Part shown: one piece after another, positions 60,101 through 64,000 of the stretch
How the letters are laid out: each line of letters begins with the position of its first letter
How positions within the stretch are numbered: the stretch's first letter is position 1
NCBI GenBank assembly: GCA_902571005.1
Contig: CACGAG010000001.1
Location: 40,449-104,448 of the forward strand
Source: an uncultured Pelagibacteraceae bacterium
GTDB lineage: Bacteria; Pseudomonadota; Alphaproteobacteria; Pelagibacterales; AG-422-B15
DNA: 64,000 nucleotides
Reading direction: 5' to 3'
Program-made: the position numbers and the translations under genes
Notes under the pieces: model-generated
The model's input: only the letters and a program-made list of their open reading frames with translations
Told to the model about the DNA's origin: nothing
Databases searched by the model: none

Positions 60101-60724
60101 ATGCCTAACCTAATTAAAAGAGATCTATTATTATCTTTTTATTCAAGTGCTAATTTCTTTTTTACAGTATCTTTTTTTATCCTTGTTCTAATATTGATAC
60201 CATTTGCATTTGGCACTCAGACAGATCAACTCAAGAATTTATTTAAAGGTGTAGTTTGGATCGCACTAGCTTTATCAATCATTATTACAGTTGATAGAAT
60301 TTATAATACTGATTATGAGGATGGTAATTTAGATATTATTATGCAGAAAAATAAGACGATTGAGTATTTAATAATCAGTAAATATATAACACATTGGTTT
60401 ATTTATTGCCTTCCGCTTTTAGTAATTCTGCCTGTATTGAGTTTTCTATTTTATTTGGATTATCTAGAGACCGTGCAAATATTTATAAACTTATTCATAG
60501 GCTCATTTGGTATGGTTTTCATTGCAAATTTCGTGAGCGCGCTAACGCTTGGCGCCAGAAGAACAATCTTCTTGAAAGCAATTATAATGATACCACTATT
60601 TGTACCTTTTATTATTTTTGGTTCTGATGCTGGTTCTTGGCCAATTTTGTTAGCATTATCAATGCTCTCTTTTGTTATCTCTATATATGTAACTGCATAT
60701 GGTCTGCGTCTTTATGGAGAGTAG
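60101..60724 (+). CDS. ccmB: Heme exporter permease CcmB
   Basis: 207 aa, about 6 TM segments, 1-nt gap after ccmA. Confidence 0.8.
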   Translation: MPNLIKRDLLLSFYSSANFFFTVSFFILVLILIPFAFGTQTDQLKNLFKGVVWIALALSIIITVDRIYNTDYEDGNLDIIMQKNKTIEYLIISKYITHWFIYCLPLLVILPVLSFLFYLDYLETVQIFINLFIGSFGMVFIANFVSALTLGARRTIFLKAIIMIPLFVPFIIFGSDAGSWPILLALSMLSFVISIYVTAYGLRLYGE

Positions 60725-60758
60725 GCAATACTTCAAGTCAATATATATATATTAGAAA

Positions 60759-61463
60759 ATGTATATTAAAATTAAAAATAAGCATATTGAACTTATCAAG
60801 TCTGCTAATCCATACCTGATTTTTGCAACAATTTTTGCATTTGTTATAGGCTTATATTATTCACTTTTTCAATCTCCTCCAGATTATATTCAAGGAGATT
60901 CGATGAGGATTATGTATATACATGTTCCCTCAGCATGGTTTGCACTCATGACTTATTCAATTTTAGCTGGTTCATGTGTTCTTTGGTTCATAACCCGAAA
61001 CCCCCTTTTTAATGTTGTTGCGAGATCAATTGCTCAAGTAGGAATGGTGTTTACTTTAATGTCATTGATAACTGGAAGTATATGGGGCAAGCCTACATGG
61101 GGTGTATGGTGGGTATGGGATGCGAGATTAACTTCTATGTTAATATTATTTTTTCTTTACATCGCTTATATTTTTCTTTGGCAGGCAATATCAAACAAGG
61201 AACTTGCATCAAAAATATCAGCAGCACTAGCAATAATTGGTTTTATCAATATACCAATAATTAAATTTTCAGTTGATTGGTGGAATACTTTGCATCAACC
61301 TGCTTCAATTTCAAAACTTTCTGCACCAAGTATTGATGTAAGTATGCTAATTCCATTATTTATAATGACAGGTGCCTGTTTTTTATTTTTAGTAACAGTA
61401 TCACTAATTAGATTCAGACTTGTTCTGATTGAAAATAAAATGTTAAGGACCAGCAGCTTATGA
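60759..61463 (+). CDS. ccmC: Heme exporter protein CcmC
   Basis: 234 aa. Trp-rich motif 'WGKPTWGVWWVWDARLTS' and conserved His in 'MYIHVPSAW'. Confidence 0.92.
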   Translation: MYIKIKNKHIELIKSANPYLIFATIFAFVIGLYYSLFQSPPDYIQGDSMRIMYIHVPSAWFALMTYSILAGSCVLWFITRNPLFNVVARSIAQVGMVFTLMSLITGSIWGKPTWGVWWVWDARLTSMLILFFLYIAYIFLWQAISNKELASKISAALAIIGFINIPIIKFSVDWWNTLHQPASISKLSAPSIDVSMLIPLFIMTGACFLFLVTVSLIRFRLVLIENKMLRTSSL

Positions 61464-61615
61464 ATGAATTATTAGATATGGGCGGATACGCAATCTTTGT
61501 TTGGTCCTCATATGGTATTTTTTTCTTTTCCTTAATTATATTTTTTTTAATCAATATATTAAATTTAAGAAAATACGAAAAAATTTTTAATAAAATAAAA
61601 AACAAAATTGAGTAG
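61460..61615 (+). CDS. ccmD: Heme exporter protein CcmD (51 aa, absent from ORF track)
   Basis: ATG 61460 overlaps the ccmC TGA (ATGA). Product is MNELLDMGGYAIFVWSSYGIFFFSLIIFFLINILNLRKYEKIFNKIKNKIE. 'MGGYAxFVWxSYGI' plus a single TM segment is the CcmD signature. Lies between ccmC and ccmE. Confidence 0.8.
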   Translation: MNELLDMGGYAIFVWSSYGIFFFSLIIFFLINILNLRKYEKIFNKIKNKIE

Positions 61616-62045
61616 TTTAGTAAAAAGCAGATTAATTAAATTTCTCTTAAGTTTAATTATTGTTTCAATCGCAGTATTGATAATTATTTTTAACTTAAGA
61701 GATAATATTATTTATTTTTATGGCCCGACTGAACTTTTAAAAAATTCAGATAAACAAGGTCAAATAATGAGGTTGGGAGGACTTGTATCAGTAGACTCTT
61801 TTCAAAACGAAGCTGATAGTATTTTTTATTTCAGTATTACTGATGGCGATAACGAGATTGATGTGAAATATGAGGGTATTCTGCCAAATTTATTTGCTGA
61901 GGACAAGGGAGTTGTAGTTGAGGGGGTTTATATGAATGATGGTAGATTTATTGCAAACAAAGTCTTAGCTAAGCATGATGAAAACTATATGCCTCCTGAA
62001 GTCATAGAAACACTTAAAAAATCTGGCAAATGGCAGGGTGAATGA
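61608..62045 (+). CDS. ccmE: Cytochrome c-type biogenesis heme chaperone CcmE
   Basis: 145 aa. TTG start, with no in-frame ATG before the TM anchor. 'NIIYFYGPTEL' and heme-binding 'LAKHDENYMPPEV'. Confidence 0.9.
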   Translation: MSSLVKSRLIKFLLSLIIVSIAVLIIIFNLRDNIIYFYGPTELLKNSDKQGQIMRLGGLVSVDSFQNEADSIFYFSITDGDNEIDVKYEGILPNLFAEDKGVVVEGVYMNDGRFIANKVLAKHDENYMPPEVIETLKKSGKWQGE

Positions 62046-63943
62046 GTTTATATATTTTTTATATTTCAAATTTTTTACTACTTCTTTGTCTAACTGCATC
62101 ACTAATGCAGTCTAGTAAAATTATAAATAATAAAATATTCACTAGACCTGGTGTTATTGTGCTGGCGTATGTACAGTTAATTTCAATACTATTGTCATTT
62201 TTAATTCTAATTTATCTTTTTCTCACTTCAGATTTTAATTTTGATTTAGTTTATTTCAATTCTCATTCAGAAAAACCACTTATATATAAATTCTCTGGCG
62301 TTTGGGGAAATCATGAAGGAAGTATGCTTTTATGGATACTAATTTTGGTCTTGTTTAATTTTTTATTTGCCCTTTCGAGAAGAATTTCAGAACGGTTTAA
62401 AGAGATAACAGTTGCGATACAGAGTATTATGATCTTTGGATTTGTCGCATTTTTATTTCTTTTATCAAATCCATTTGCATTAAATCAAAATAATTTTTTT
62501 GACGGGATTGGTTTAAATCCTATTTTACAGGATCCACTCCTAGCAATTCATCCACCGGTGTTGTATGTAGGCTATGTTGGTTTTTCTCTGGTATTTAGCT
62601 TAGCAATCGCAGGGTTGATTACTAAAGAAGTCGATCAGAAATGGGCTACAATTGTTAAACCTTGGGTTTTTTCTGCATGGGCGTTTCTTACAGCTGGGAT
62701 AGCTCTAGGTTCATTTTGGGCTTATTACGAACTCGGTTGGGGAGGTTATTGGTTTTGGGATCCAGTTGAGAATGCATCGCTAATGCCTTGGATTGCCGCA
62801 ACTGCATTAATTCACTGTGTATTGATACTTCAGAAAAGAAATGTAATGCAATCTTGGACTATTATTTTAGCCATACTTACATTTTCATTGAGTTTAGTTG
62901 GAACATTTCTTGTCCGATCTGGAATTCTAAATTCAGTTCATACCTTCGCTAGTGATCCAGAAAGAGGTCTATTTATTTTATTATTTATTTTTCTTATACT
63001 TGTCTTTTCTTTTAGTTTATTTGCATACAACTCTGAAAAAATTAATAAGACAAGTAGTATGGGTTTGATCAGCAGGGGTACAGGAATACAGGTAAATAAC
63101 TGGCTTTTGATAACTATTTTAACGATTGTTTTCTTAGGAACTATGTACCCTCTTGCAACTGATTTATTACTCAATAAGAGCTTAACTGTTGGGCCAAAAT
63201 ATTACTCAACGACTATAGCCCCCATTATAATTCTTTTTCTTTTTTTTATGTTTATATCTCCACGTTTGGGATGGACTGACACAAAACTCTATAAAATAAT
63301 AATTCAATTGCGATATCTCATTATTACATCATTAACTATAACATTGATAATCAGCCTATATTTTGAACTATTTAATTTGACTGAAATCTTAATTATCTTC
63401 TTTAGTTTACTTTTAATAATTTCTTCTGTGACAGCTAGTATAAACTTTAATAAGCAAAATATTTTAGTAAGGACCAACTTAGGCCAAAATCTTGCACATG
63501 CTGGATTTGGTATATTGATGATGGCAGTTGTAAGTAATGCTGTGTATTCTGAGGAGAGAATTTATAACGCTAAAGTTGGAGATAATTTACAATTGCAAAA
63601 ATATATTTTTAGTTTTGATAAAATAGAGCAAGTTGAGGAAAGCAATTATAATTCACTTAAAGCATATTTTCTGATGAAAAAAGATGGTAAGTTAATAGAT
63701 ACGTTTACTCCTGAAATCAGATTTTATTCAAACCCACCTACAATTACTTCAGAAGCAAGTATTTTGCACAAGTTTTTTTCAGATATTTACCTTGTCATGA
63801 ATGTTCCTCAAGATCAGCAGTCAATAAGTGTCAGAATGCATATAAAACCTTTCATGACAATACTTTGGTTAGGTACATTGATGATAATCATTGGGGGGAT
63901 TATATCTGCTTTTATAAGGATCGGACGTTTCAATGAAAAGTAA
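62042..63943 (+). CDS. ccmF: Cytochrome c heme lyase subunit CcmF
   Basis: 633 aa, polytopic. Trp-rich 'WGGYWFWDPVENASLMPW'. ATGA overlap with ccmE. Confidence 0.93.
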   Translation: MSLYIFYISNFLLLLCLTASLMQSSKIINNKIFTRPGVIVLAYVQLISILLSFLILIYLFLTSDFNFDLVYFNSHSEKPLIYKFSGVWGNHEGSMLLWILILVLFNFLFALSRRISERFKEITVAIQSIMIFGFVAFLFLLSNPFALNQNNFFDGIGLNPILQDPLLAIHPPVLYVGYVGFSLVFSLAIAGLITKEVDQKWATIVKPWVFSAWAFLTAGIALGSFWAYYELGWGGYWFWDPVENASLMPWIAATALIHCVLILQKRNVMQSWTIILAILTFSLSLVGTFLVRSGILNSVHTFASDPERGLFILLFIFLILVFSFSLFAYNSEKINKTSSMGLISRGTGIQVNNWLLITILTIVFLGTMYPLATDLLLNKSLTVGPKYYSTTIAPIIILFLFFMFISPRLGWTDTKLYKIIIQLRYLIITSLTITLIISLYFELFNLTEILIIFFSLLLIISSVTASINFNKQNILVRTNLGQNLAHAGFGILMMAVVSNAVYSEERIYNAKVGDNLQLQKYIFSFDKIEQVEESNYNSLKAYFLMKKDGKLIDTFTPEIRFYSNPPTITSEASILHKFFSDIYLVMNVPQDQQSISVRMHIKPFMTILWLGTLMIIIGGIISAFIRIGRFNEK

Positions 63944-64000
63944 TCATTTAAAATTTTTACCTTTAGTCTCAATAATACTATTGAGTATATTCTTATTTTT
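63933..64000 (+). CDS. Probable thiol:disulfide interchange protein CcmG/DsbE, first 22 codons (3' end outside window)
   Basis: ATG 63933 overlaps the end of ccmF. MKSNHLKFLPLVSIILLSIFLF looks like an N-terminal membrane anchor. The call rests on position after ccmF only. Confidence 0.35.
   Translation, partial: MKSNHLKFLPLVSIILLSIFLF

Noticed and set aside
60394-61264. Short alternative-frame ORFs within ccmB/ccmC (60394-60627, 60637-60819, 61082-61264) and 61414-61605 antisense to ccmD
   Set aside because: They overlap well-supported ccm genes in other frames and show no motifs.

Overview
This is a 64-kb, very AT-rich and tightly packed chromosomal segment. Gene content and order fit a streamlined marine alphaproteobacterium (SAR11/Pelagibacterales-like). 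That placement is an inference from family content and no search was run. The supporting genes are parB, the leuS-lptE-holA string, ftsK-lolA, purH-rpe, acs, gpsA-tsaD, hemCD, folD, argG-rlmN, htpG, acnA and ccmABCDEF(G), plus small alphaproteobacteria-typical families (DUF1674, DUF2794, DUF3576, IalB). I call about 60 protein genes and one tRNA-Gly(GCC). There is no rRNA, CRISPR array, transposase or integrase. Many genes share ATGA or TAATG start/stop overlaps.

Most of the window is housekeeping. The stretches that look accessory or unusual are:
1. A ~3.4-kb two-gene restriction-modification cassette at 24.1-27.5 kb. It encodes a PD-(D/E)XK nuclease fused to an N6-adenine methyltransferase, plus a two-TRD specificity subunit, with no HsdR. 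It sits between gpsA and an EVE-domain gene. It is bounded by a perfect 21-bp direct repeat that duplicates the first 7 codons of the EVE gene, and inside that by a 25-nt repeat built from a tandem GTACWACACA decamer. No recombinase is encoded. This is my best candidate for something new.
2. A TPR-sulfotransferase gene translationally coupled inside the leuS-lptE-holA operon.
3. A DUF1302/DUF1329/BNR outer-membrane triad without its usual RND partner.
4. A 1971-aa autotransporter with 9 tandem Ig-like repeats.
5. Two small genes absent from the ORF track (DUF1674/SDHAF4-like and ccmD).

All calls rest on reading motifs and synteny by eye. No database search, HMM or composition calculation was run.
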